A stretch of DNA of 64,000 nucleotides from a virus. The stretch covers positions 32,001-96,000 of the IMG/VR virus record IMGVR_UViG_3300039106_000244. One strand, given 5' to 3'. The first letter of the stretch is position 1. Each line of letters starts with the position of its first letter. The position numbers and the translations under genes were made by a program. This document shows positions 33,401-39,875 of this stretch, piece after piece. The notes below the pieces were generated by a model. The model was given only the letters and a program-made list of their open reading frames with translations, searched no databases and had not been told where the DNA came from.

Positions 33401-33896
33401 AACGAACAATATTTGTATTACGAGTCACTGTAAATGCAGTTTCTAATTCAACTCCACTTGTATTAACATTAACTGGATCTGGCCCATTTTCTAACCAATA
33501 ATACTGACTGAAATTAACAAATTTATCAAATGAAATTTGTGGATCGAAACTATAGTATTCCCCATCGAATAATTTTTTATGATTTGGAGTTAATCCACTA
33601 TAATATTCAAGTTTATTTAATAAATCAACATAACTAGCAAAGAATGTAATTTCCTTCTGATCATTACGAACTACAATGCTCGGCTCAAGTTGATACTTTT
33701 GTCTTTCGGCAGAGTTCTCAATTATATAACTATCTTTGCTTTTATAAGTTGGCGCAAATGTTCTTCCGATATATCCATATATGTTTCTTAAATTTGGCTC
33801 TGTTACCAATTGGTCCATTGTTGCCGATAAAAACTTATTGTTAGTATCAGTTTGGAATATGATAGGAAGTAAATTTGAAGTCTTTTTTGTCGCCAT
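21447..33896 (-). CDS. Giant (4149 aa) baseplate wedge/adhesin-like virion protein
   Basis: Follows the gp6-like gene; VKPYSTKIRE wedge-like motif; FG-GAP-like repeats; two W-x5-Y-xx-GD-xV (CBM5/12-like) motifs; GSGY repeats. Confidence 0.7.
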   Translation of the reverse strand: MATKKTSNLLPIIFQTDTNNKFLSATMDQLVTEPNLRNIYGYIGRTFAPTYKSKDSYIIENSAERQKYQLEPSIVVRNDQKEITFFASYVDLLNKLEYYSGLTPNHKKLFDGEYYSFDPQISFDKFVNFSQYYWLENGPDPVNVNTSGVELETAFTVTRNTNIVRYNISANGTIKDTIILARGGQYTFEVNQPGIGFWIQTELGIDGKVNATPTVSTREVLGVVNNGLDVGTITFNVPQTTAQNRYVSMNVVASVDYALPIAYDTIQNQYLSQFIETYPQYAGLTGQLDGQTMIFVNQELLTNYGEAAWTIPAVIDPVTNLTIPGYNAGDIIPDADRFGVWRIQFVDATAANPLIRLVHIQDILLDEKVYIRSGLVNANKEFFKDYDTFLHVVPVISSIQDTLYIQDGTDPSMYTAIKLVDITGWDIDVEVDILRKSTYTSPNGISFTSGLKINFSTDVTPIAYRNKEYYVEGVGTSAGIRLIDVTALVTPELYNDEIALNYPNGLPGNAANADYITINRASKDLNAWSRSNRWFHSEIISLTATYNSVQPIYNQTLRAQRPIIQFEEDLQLFNFGRIGKQAISILDTTTRDAFNELHGQELTVIAGVTLYDGMRIIFASDIDPVVRNKIYVINLVQIQIDTNGLLTGPIYINLNPANDATNEIYDTVVVTSGIHKGTQWWYNGDIWIESQQKTGLQQDPLFDVYDANGTSLSLYSSSTFLGTKLFGYNRTSTSTLIDTVLAFPLKYTTFQTQGNIEFTNYFDTDMFSYIVEQTQYNKHITTGFLQQIVDRNTVIPKNNWATVNEPLHQEQLITYNYDGTNSPFKIDVTVLPSDIVPHIRVYKNNIFVQQSNWSIINNAITLSVAPVIGDKIDILVFSDEISKIGQYQVPQNLDLNAQNINLTSLTLGQLRNHLVELSQRSTELVGDIFGSSNLRDIEIKSQGGNILQHSAPVSNAILFLLNDTTNFIDATRYAQQEYARFKNKFLELSATLSGIQPTDPASSVDLILTEINKIKNKTFPWFYSDMIPYGTLKNIVNGTGYTVFDPLVRSYEITTVFDAYALSNKAILVYLNDIQLMLGRDYTFDTDRPAITIANTVTLEVDDIIKIVEYADTNGCYVPETPTKLGLYPKFLPEIFLDDTYRTTINVIRGHDGSITPAFGDYRDDFVLELEKRIYNNIKLLDNGSYQDIYSVKSGKFRNDDYSLTEVNQLLSKSFLNWIGNNKIDFTVNDTFESNDPFTWNYSRFVDRISGEALPGSWRACYQYYYDTIRPHQTPWEMLGFAIKPAWWEEEYGPAPYTGGNKLLWDDLEAGLIRRGENAGIAPNFIRPGLSTAIPVDDHGFLKNPASIMTASFNSIRAATSWAVGHEGPVETAWRNSSDFPFAMQQALALAKPARYFGLLIDVSRYSMNKNIGQYLTDTNDHIKQTSLTFNGDTSSGTVVRTAGYINWIADFLVNQGIDPSTIITPLLKNYEINLAYKMAGFSDQKYLQVLAEQSSPTSTNDSIIIPNENYNVHLYKSTPVEKIAYSGVIIEKTTNGYSVRGYNLSNPYFTIIPSVINSNAYKINVLNNSVTVFKDYQNLKLTVPYGYEFNSQQQIADFLISYERHLMAQGFTFNDTDEQLGETRNWKLSIKEFIFWAQQGWAAGSILVLSPVANVLNVVTVGAITDAITDNQHGSRVLDQNFTLVKTTNYNVLRSPTSFKITLTNDAVIGYIELNLVQYEHVLIFDNTTVFNDVIYKPELGNRQFRLKLIGQKTADWDGSLNAPGFMYNSGAIDVWQGGKDYLKGDLVQYKNQFYVALQNISATIEFAFAYWKQIAASEIKKGLMPNFATIAAKSQLYYNSHTTFNDSDQIRYSHGLIGFKPRQYLADLGLSDTTQIELYKGFIKQKGSANAVNQLINAEFNNTGNSINFYEEWAIRTGEYGALNINPYVELALDEKAFSVNPATASFVTDTSGNGVTIFNKSQLYKSTEQYNGTIALNRDAHSDYSNDILTAGYVNINDVSTTIFDLANFVNLDDRLNAMGTGYTIWCAKDFTQNWNVYRITETDNNIILVSNSLDGYITFTTNKLHGLLVGDVFMTRNFNTAFDGFYQVEEVLDLTNILVKYSGDTAQLTTIDGNGMLFNLHSLRFDYMETARLYVPPHGWHIGEKIWIDDDAETNAVQGQPFGTQPSGTWKVYEKTHPWSMGQRLVKNTSEYSANIGFGRSLKMIDNAEQTIFTGTTLYANLSVSTNTGAVNIFEKNASNVYVETTSIIPDGANTFTFGSHIDTAVDSFINDGVDTRETLAISAPTSSGLGGAANVGLMYIYKETASTENWVRGQVIAGNVSATGGKFGTGFAFDELGHWLYVSAPYEATPKVYVYGLQRFVTEATGNVTTSGSVSTITVPFTRDTIVSSTDANSVLVTSATRTYIPRIDYTISGQTITFISGNVNGTFTISQGPYYTLVETISGPAGSEFGYCIDASLNGAQLGVGAPGDGVIGSTGVTLAQAGAVYVYDRVIEAFNSTNGTVYTTQEIIADVHKVTVDDIEIFNYTKTGTNEITLFVPLGVGKVVKIETNKFTLLERLIGIDTLDGSLSAIQAGARFGSALTICSNNCAFYIGAPYYNAGTIYNTGAVWKFHNRGTLYGTNTGYIHNPTFTPGDTIRLDNFQITVTGTSLDSLVQDINDANLLGITAVNEAGYLRLNSDKTVAKNRLRILSASGTVYEDAGMAIFAFMQIIVNPYHSNNEYFGTKVILARNAYMLVISSDRGTTNHYTTFDDGTATTFDNISTAFFDSVNASGSVYTYELYDDPRNAVEHPGRYAFCQQLDPTDLNTGDGFGAAIDVIGGHIVVSAPSDDTTITDGGSIYVFSNPTGKRGWSLLRYQQPTVDIESISRLYLYSNLSNTILKTLEFIDPAKGKISGLAEQEISYKTGYDPAVYNRGTNNAVNLNDNIFWNSNQVGQVWWNLSLLSYIDYEQDTLTYRSINWGKLFPGSIVEVLEWVESAYLPSMYVANGGEGQPKYEDDSAYVELIFVDPITNIIGIKYFYWVKNKTTVDPNNEFRHIPILAVQDIIENPKNQGVPYAAIIQNNALIVYNIVDYLSSQNTILHIDYNTIKNTNIIHSEYELIQKGNADSAISPKIINKLIDSLAGIDILGATVPDPALSTADKFGLGVRPRQTMFIDRFTAWSNLIDYANSVLITTPIARNCDLTNLTASEPQPNIKLGEYDLKIATELELELIDITTLDPGYKILVEQDTTRNNLWVVYELSINNTWEVVKIQSYKTDLYWDYVDWYAPGYGVETQLEYVVDTLTDALKLPVKVGDDVLVRVSRGGDHGWNLLVLNSQNHFDVVGIQNGTVQLKTSNGTLINNTTPTIEVRYIITALRDDIFVGELDSEFNKLFFVVVNYIFNEQKYVDWIFKTSFISVAHTLRTLAQTPNYIKDNQTYYQDYISEVKPYSTKIREYSINYNSTDEYAGNISDFDVPAYYDTDTQIFRSPSGENIIKDEALWQTDTYSQWYANRNYKVESIVVEYSGSGYTAEPIVTIVDGGLAASGATARAIIDFDLGTVIRIDIIAGGSGYYVTPTVLINGSCTTPARAYAMLANNQVRSINTTLKFDRVNYTSSVQEWSANTAYTIGDIVTHTGSLETATRNAYIVTANIVSGSTFIHTTDYTIYNASDFTTANDRITGYYEPGASMPARDLTQLLRGIGYPGVKVQGAGFDQAPGFSGPTPFDEGVFDNIQYDADGLPMLDDYTIDSIIRSDYTDLALGTRAEDINVAGGAYVDTYSSHAPEELVPGIVFDTLDMQVYTKINGNVDVIGYRMFSNMMREESYLRIASAHSTTLASNLAITDTTIVVADASKLTAPFIDTVGLGQIAIPGVIFINGERITYYTRNLLTNTLGQIRRGTQGTGTPALYTAGTLITDGSIDQLVPNVVSNISLSTITPYTVTTTRSYYLSLTGNVSANVGDVITQSVSGASMTVAGIDSVARVLLVIRNNTNSLTYQNNDVALSGNVTVTAGDYITQSSTGANLTVLTSGANVSNISLSYYGITTLTTGKAGGNIAINGSNVAIYPTTITSNVSLSSAIIINGTSTGNVYPLSIVPVGRNDAGNPFVDSNGNVTIAANISLHTTNVWYNLGSGVATDGTGFNGATTAPVTFLKASTATLIAP

Positions 33897-33925
33897 GTTA
33901 TTATAATCTCAAGTGTTATATGTAT

Positions 33926-36900
33926 TTAAGCCAGTACAGTTTGGTTGATTTGCGCCGCAGTAATAGCAGTAATTATTTGCACATTATCTACCGTTGCAGC
34001 ACTTACAATAATTTCATTATAGCTTGCATTAATTTGTAGCAAGCTACCAAATATACTAGATTCGCTAGATGGTACAATTGTAATACTTGCAATATTTGGT
34101 GCAAGTACGCTATGCAAATATGCACTTAACTCACTAAAATAAAATGTTTCGCCAAAGTCCCAATTTGCAACATCAAAATAATTGTTAATTGCAGTAATTA
34201 CTCCAGTTTTAATATCATTATCACTAATAACAATACTGGAATTTTTTACAACTTTAAAGGTTGCTTGTAGTGATGTAGGTGCCTTTGCACCAAATATTGG
34301 TTTAAACTTAGCAGGATTGTAAATAATAGTATCTGTCAGGTTTTTATAATTATCCAATGTACTAAATTCTGTACTTAGTGATTCTACACTAGGAGCAGTA
34401 GGCTCGGCTACTACACCAGTAGTATCTCGAATCCATGCTGTATAATCAGTTGAATATTGTTTTGTTAACAAATATAAGTCAATGATATTATTTGGACTAG
34501 GGTCAATACGACGATAGTTTGGACTATTATGTCTATATTGGAAATATAAATCTTGTCTACCAACTTTTGCAGTGTATCCAGATACTTCAGTTAGTGCATA
34601 CGATGCACCAGTTACTACTAATTGATAAAATTTATTCTCTGGTGCAATATAGAATAGTTGCCCGGATTCATACAAGGTTGAATCAACTTGTGCTTCGATT
34701 AATGTTGCATATAACGAGTTCACTAGACTATTACTCACTAAAGTTTGTGTAACAAAATTATTATATCCATATGTAGCTTGGAAATATACATATTTGTCTT
34801 GACTGTTTATGTCCGGATTAACAATTAGTTCAAATAATTCCGGATTGTCTAAAATACTATTATTATCGATATCTGCAAATGTAACTAATATTTTACTAGG
34901 ATTTTCATAGCCATCAACTTCAATAATGTTTTTATAGATATACCACGTATAATCTAGCGCCAATGGGGTTGAATTGTCTGGGTTGGAATTTACTTTTAAT
35001 ACTTTAATATTATCGTGTACTGTTAATCCAGTCACCGGGTTATATACCTTTACAGTATTATCAAAATAAAAATTAGTTTCGTTTGCGCTTTCAAATATAT
35101 AATTCATTCCACAGTAAGAAACATTATATGTTTGTCCTATCGGTTCAAATCGAATTAACCAACTTGCATCTAACCCGGTACTGCTAGTATTACCAGTATA
35201 AGCAAGACTAAACTCACCAATATTTAAATCCCCAGGCAATATTATTACCCATGTTGTAGTATTGATATCATATCGTAAACCAAAGTCTTCGTATGCCTGT
35301 ATATAACCTACTATAGAATCTACTAGTGCAGGCGAAAACCCTGTGTTAAATACTGCATATACTGTAGTTGCTATTGCACCATTTGGTACTTGTTCACCTA
35401 AAACAACCGGACCGGCGCCTGTTGATAGATTACCAACTCCACCATTTGTACCATCACCAACAACTTGCTGAACTGATGCATATATGTAATATTTGTCGCC
35501 TGCTTTACTAGGGGTACCTGTTTGGATACTATTTCGTGAATCAAAATAGTTTCCAGTACCTGCACTAAATTTAATTATAGAATTTTGTTTAATATATCTA
35601 TTATTATTTGCAACTACGTCGCCTATTTGTAGTATAGCATTATTTGAATCTACTAGATATCCAGTGGTTCCATTTGTTACTGTAGTTGAATGGTGCCAGT
35701 ATGCATCACTAATAGTAATAGTAGGATATTTGCTGTAAAAAAATTGTAATGTTTCTTGTGATGAAACAATTGGGTTTACTTTATTATAAATTGCTTTGTA
35801 AATATCATTTTTTGTATTATAATCAAACGAAAAGGTGTTAATAAATGGGTCACGATATAATACACCGTCTTCAGCAAAGATGTTTGTACTTGAATATTTT
35901 CCAGTTGTATCAACCACATCTAAATAACGACTAATACCACTCGATGTACGGTTAACTGCCTTAACTTTAAGTATATTACTAAACAATGTATATGGAAGAA
36001 TATTATAATCTTCGCCTGTTACCATACGATCTTGTGTATAATATTGTTGTGGTGCTTTTTGACGTATATCTTCAAGTGATTCACGTGAGCTAGCATTAGC
36101 AACTGTATAACGCAAACTTGCACGTATAGTCATAGTTTCGACTCTACCAGTTCTACTTGTATAATTAACAGGCAGGACCATACCTTGCATTTCATCTGGT
36201 GTGATTTTATAATCGGCACCGTTGCTTACTCTGTAATATAATCTATAGTTACCTTGTGGAATATTTGCGAACGCACCATCGCCAAATACTAAGTCAATTT
36301 GATCGCTTGCACGAGTATTAACTTGATAGATAGATTTGCTAGAACTTTTGTTGTAGATAACATTAGTATTACCCACCGACGGTACTTGTGTCCATAATGC
36401 ACTTGGTTGACTTTGTGAATCTAAACTATACAACCAAATATCGGTATTATTAATGTTATCTACATTAATACTATATACGCGATTTGGTGTGCTCTCTTGG
36501 AATGTGAAATCAATCGTTTTTAATTCGCCTTGTTTAAAATACGTAAAGAACCCAGTATTTGTACTTGTATTACCTAAATTATCATTTTTATACAATAGAT
36601 TAAATGGCTGACCTGGCAACGGTGCGCTTTCGTATATATAAGTTTTTCCAACACTTGTTGGACTAACCATTTCAAATTTAGTAGTTGTGCCTTCAATTTT
36701 AGTTGTAAAACTATACGTCGCAATAATGCCAGGTACTAAATTTATTTGATATTCATCATTAGTTATACCATTAATAAGTTGAGTGCTACCGGGTTTACCA
36801 ATCGATTGTGTCGACAATAGTCCGGCATTAATTATTGCTGTAAATTGTTCATACCAATTATCGTTTGCTGAATCTGACCAATCAATTACTAACCCTGCTA

Positions 36901-37309
36901 AATTAATACCATTGCTATCATAGACAGTTTCAGTTGTACTTACACTATCAACTTTCAAAAAACCACTTGATGGAATATTACGTTTAGGATTATAAGAAAT
37001 TAGTTTAGCAAGTTTAAGAATACTATCACGGCGTTGTGCAGTATCCATGAAGTTTTCACGTGCGTTTAAGTCGCCACGGAATGCCAGTGATTGTCCTAGG
37101 AATGCAATTAAATCAATAAGTGCAATAAATTCACTTGATTCGATAAAGTCATTAAAATCTTCTGGATAGTATAAACGTAAATAATCAATCATCGACTTAC
37201 GAAGTGTTTCGTAGTCATAGCTTTGAAAGTCCGCATTACGGAAGGTTTGATATAGTTTAGTCCAGTCTTCTGCAACTAATAAACCCGATTGTCTTGTAGT
37301 AATAGCCAT
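33926..37309 (-). CDS. gp6: Baseplate wedge subunit (T4 gp6-like)
   Basis: SYDYETLRKSMIDYL, ENFMDTAQRRDSILKLAKLISYNPKR, FGDG, RESLEDIRQKAP..QDRMVTGEDY. Confidence 0.8.
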   Translation of the reverse strand: MAITTRQSGLLVAEDWTKLYQTFRNADFQSYDYETLRKSMIDYLRLYYPEDFNDFIESSEFIALIDLIAFLGQSLAFRGDLNARENFMDTAQRRDSILKLAKLISYNPKRNIPSSGFLKVDSVSTTETVYDSNGINLAGLVIDWSDSANDNWYEQFTAIINAGLLSTQSIGKPGSTQLINGITNDEYQINLVPGIIATYSFTTKIEGTTTKFEMVSPTSVGKTYIYESAPLPGQPFNLLYKNDNLGNTSTNTGFFTYFKQGELKTIDFTFQESTPNRVYSINVDNINNTDIWLYSLDSQSQPSALWTQVPSVGNTNVIYNKSSSKSIYQVNTRASDQIDLVFGDGAFANIPQGNYRLYYRVSNGADYKITPDEMQGMVLPVNYTSRTGRVETMTIRASLRYTVANASSRESLEDIRQKAPQQYYTQDRMVTGEDYNILPYTLFSNILKVKAVNRTSSGISRYLDVVDTTGKYSSTNIFAEDGVLYRDPFINTFSFDYNTKNDIYKAIYNKVNPIVSSQETLQFFYSKYPTITISDAYWHHSTTVTNGTTGYLVDSNNAILQIGDVVANNNRYIKQNSIIKFSAGTGNYFDSRNSIQTGTPSKAGDKYYIYASVQQVVGDGTNGGVGNLSTGAGPVVLGEQVPNGAIATTVYAVFNTGFSPALVDSIVGYIQAYEDFGLRYDINTTTWVIILPGDLNIGEFSLAYTGNTSSTGLDASWLIRFEPIGQTYNVSYCGMNYIFESANETNFYFDNTVKVYNPVTGLTVHDNIKVLKVNSNPDNSTPLALDYTWYIYKNIIEVDGYENPSKILVTFADIDNNSILDNPELFELIVNPDINSQDKYVYFQATYGYNNFVTQTLVSNSLVNSLYATLIEAQVDSTLYESGQLFYIAPENKFYQLVVTGASYALTEVSGYTAKVGRQDLYFQYRHNSPNYRRIDPSPNNIIDLYLLTKQYSTDYTAWIRDTTGVVAEPTAPSVESLSTEFSTLDNYKNLTDTIIYNPAKFKPIFGAKAPTSLQATFKVVKNSSIVISDNDIKTGVITAINNYFDVANWDFGETFYFSELSAYLHSVLAPNIASITIVPSSESSIFGSLLQINASYNEIIVSAATVDNVQIITAITAAQINQTVLA

Positions 37310-37359
37310 ACTATTTCCCTGTTATAATGTATTTATTTAAGGAAAAAGTACGTAGTTTA

Positions 37360-37737
37360 TTAGCGAGCAGTAAGTGTTCTGGTCTGATTATTGAATCTTA
37401 AATTCATTAGATTTGTTTGATTTGTTTGTAAATAACGTAGTTCGAGTTCAATTTGAATGCCTGTTTCGAATTCAGTAACAATGACATTATCAATTGATAC
37501 TCGTGGATCATACGCAGCAATTGCTTTGATATCAGCTATAATTGCACCTTTGAGTTCGGCTGTAAATGGGTCATATAATACGTTCCAAATAATGGTGCCA
37601 AAGTTTGGATTCATCAATTTCTCACCTTTGCGAATGTGAAAGTGATTTACTAAATCTTGCTTAATCAACTCAAAGTCAGTTAACCGAAACTTTTTATTTC
37701 GCCCAACTGTTGAGAATCCTTTATATAAAATAGCCAT
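37360..37737 (-). CDS. gp25: Baseplate wedge/sheath initiator (gp25-like)
   Basis: IKQDLVNHF..RKGEKLMNPNFGT..YDPRV. Confidence 0.85.
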   Translation of the reverse strand: MAILYKGFSTVGRNKKFRLTDFELIKQDLVNHFHIRKGEKLMNPNFGTIIWNVLYDPFTAELKGAIIADIKAIAAYDPRVSIDNVIVTEFETGIQIELELRYLQTNQTNLMNLRFNNQTRTLTAR

Positions 37738-37756
37738 AATAATATTTATCCTAGGG

Positions 37757-39853
37757 TTATGTGGATTTAATTGGTTGATCTAGCGTTGCCATTTTTGGTG
37801 CTAATACTGATATAGCATATTTGCCCTTGGCAAAATAATTATCACCGGTGGTACCGTATTGATCTGTTTTGCTACTACCACCGCGCCAGGCTTTTGCGCC
37901 GCCTGCGCCTAATAAATGACTGACTGCTAATAATCCTGCAACATCTTCGGGTGGAGTATCTTTAGTTACAGTACCAATATTACATAATGTTTTGTAATTG
38001 CGTTTAGTATAAGCGCACATTGCGGCTTCTTGTACAGCAGGGCTTGCTAGGAATTTTTCTAAACTGTCGATACCATCTTTGCCAATCCAGTTATTTGGAT
38101 TATTCATTTGACTATTACTCTTACATGATCGTTTAACATAACCGCCGTCAATTAGTGCCGGATAACCAAATTGATATTTCCCCACAAACCCAATTGTGTT
38201 AACTACATCATATTTTCCGTTACTTTCGCTTTTACCTATCACTGCATAATATGCTGTCATTTGCGCAGAATTTAATTCACCCATTGCACAATCAGTAGTA
38301 GGTTGGTTACGTAGATCAACTTCGGTTGCTGGATTTTTAATAGGTGATATTGTTGTTTTAGTTGCGTCGGTTGTACCTGTGTACTTAGCTGCAGGTTGTT
38401 GTCCTGGTGATTCGGGTTCAGCAAATGGTGCAGCTTCGCCACGTCTAAATGGCTCGTGAGTAGGAGCAACAACAACTATTGATGATAAGCTACCAGTGCT
38501 GGTATATAAGCCAACCGATGTATTAAGTACAGTATCGGGTAAGCTATTAATTTTTATTTCTTTAGGCTTTTCAACAGTTTTTGCACCACCGCTGTTCTGT
38601 TTAATCAGTGATCCGGTATGTGCTATATCACCCGATGATTTCATTGATATACTAGCCGAATCAACATTAAACGGTGAATCACTTTGTAAGCCTATAGTGC
38701 CCGAGGCACCCACAGTAACTACACCAGTAGACAACATATTAAAACTACCGCAGTCAATTTGAAATTTACTGCCTGATTTCATGTTTATTTTATTAGCAGC
38801 ATTAAGATTTATATTAGTATCTGAATGTAAATTAATAGATCCTTTACTTCTAACATTAAATCCATTATTAGTAAAGATATTAATTGCACCATCTGTAGTT
38901 AGTTCAACCCAACTTGTTCCGTCACCGTGGGCAATATATAATGTATTGTCCGTGTCGTTCATCATTATTTGATGTCCGGTTGCAGTGCGCAATCTAACTA
39001 ATTGATTATTTCCAATAGCATCACCGTCGTCCATCACAAATGTATGACCGCCTTTGCGAGTTGTGTATCGATAGTCGTCTTCGGTAAGTGTACCTGCTTT
39101 TACTTTAGCATTATATATATCAGGGTTATCGGCTGGGTCGTCGGCGTAAGGACGACCGGGTGTACTAATACCAAAAACATTGCTCGGGCTTTCACGCTGG
39201 CTGCTACTAGTAATTGTACCGCGGGCAGTATCTCTGTCTAATCCTTGTGTTTTTAATATAGAATATTGTTGTTCGTGTATTGGTTTAGGATTGTCAATAA
39301 AATTCGGTTTTGCGCTTAAATCTTTATTAATTTCATTATATTCAACTACTGGAGCAACAGTTCCTGCTGCATACGAGGTTAATGTATCAGCCGATGCTCC
39401 TGATATATCAATCTTATTACTACTTGCCAATCCTGGCATCATATGTCTGCTAACATGCGAATTAACACATGCAATAAAATATCCACGTAAAGGATCACCT
39501 GCAATGAATATTACAATTACTTCTACTCCGACATCCGGTGGTACCATCCACATGCCATATGTATGTGGTACATTTCTAAATTTGTTATCTATATTAGGTT
39601 TATCTGCATACTTTGATGCAATATCAGTGGTACCCATAAATGGGCTAGCATAACTAACTGTTCTCCAGTTTGCTGATTCATCTGGATCACCACCTAGGTC
39701 TGGTATCCATACTTGCAATCTCCCTGCACGTGTAGGGTCAAGATTGTTTTTAACAATACCAATGTATGGGTGTGGGTCAACTCTAGTTGCCGCGGCTTCT
39801 TCTCTGCGTAAACTTTTAATAACCTTATTACCGACTCTATGATCTATTGCCAT
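37757..39853 (-). CDS. gp5: Baseplate hub/tail spike (gp5/VgrG-like) with C-terminal lysozyme-like domain
   Basis: OB-fold DPTRAGRLQVWIP..PPDVGVEV; GHTFVMDD, GHQIMMND; beta-helix repeats; C-terminal ES.G.Y...GKYQFG. Confidence 0.8.
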   Translation of the reverse strand: MAIDHRVGNKVIKSLRREEAAATRVDPHPYIGIVKNNLDPTRAGRLQVWIPDLGGDPDESANWRTVSYASPFMGTTDIASKYADKPNIDNKFRNVPHTYGMWMVPPDVGVEVIVIFIAGDPLRGYFIACVNSHVSRHMMPGLASSNKIDISGASADTLTSYAAGTVAPVVEYNEINKDLSAKPNFIDNPKPIHEQQYSILKTQGLDRDTARGTITSSSQRESPSNVFGISTPGRPYADDPADNPDIYNAKVKAGTLTEDDYRYTTRKGGHTFVMDDGDAIGNNQLVRLRTATGHQIMMNDTDNTLYIAHGDGTSWVELTTDGAINIFTNNGFNVRSKGSINLHSDTNINLNAANKINMKSGSKFQIDCGSFNMLSTGVVTVGASGTIGLQSDSPFNVDSASISMKSSGDIAHTGSLIKQNSGGAKTVEKPKEIKINSLPDTVLNTSVGLYTSTGSLSSIVVVAPTHEPFRRGEAAPFAEPESPGQQPAAKYTGTTDATKTTISPIKNPATEVDLRNQPTTDCAMGELNSAQMTAYYAVIGKSESNGKYDVVNTIGFVGKYQFGYPALIDGGYVKRSCKSNSQMNNPNNWIGKDGIDSLEKFLASPAVQEAAMCAYTKRNYKTLCNIGTVTKDTPPEDVAGLLAVSHLLGAGGAKAWRGGSSKTDQYGTTGDNYFAKGKYAISVLAPKMATLDQPIKST

Positions 39854-39875
39854 TTATTAATTTCCTTATTTTTGA

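Noticed and set aside
16926-33896. Diversity-generating retroelement or invertible fibre cassette
   Set aside because: No reverse transcriptase, recombinase or template/variable repeat pair was noticed.
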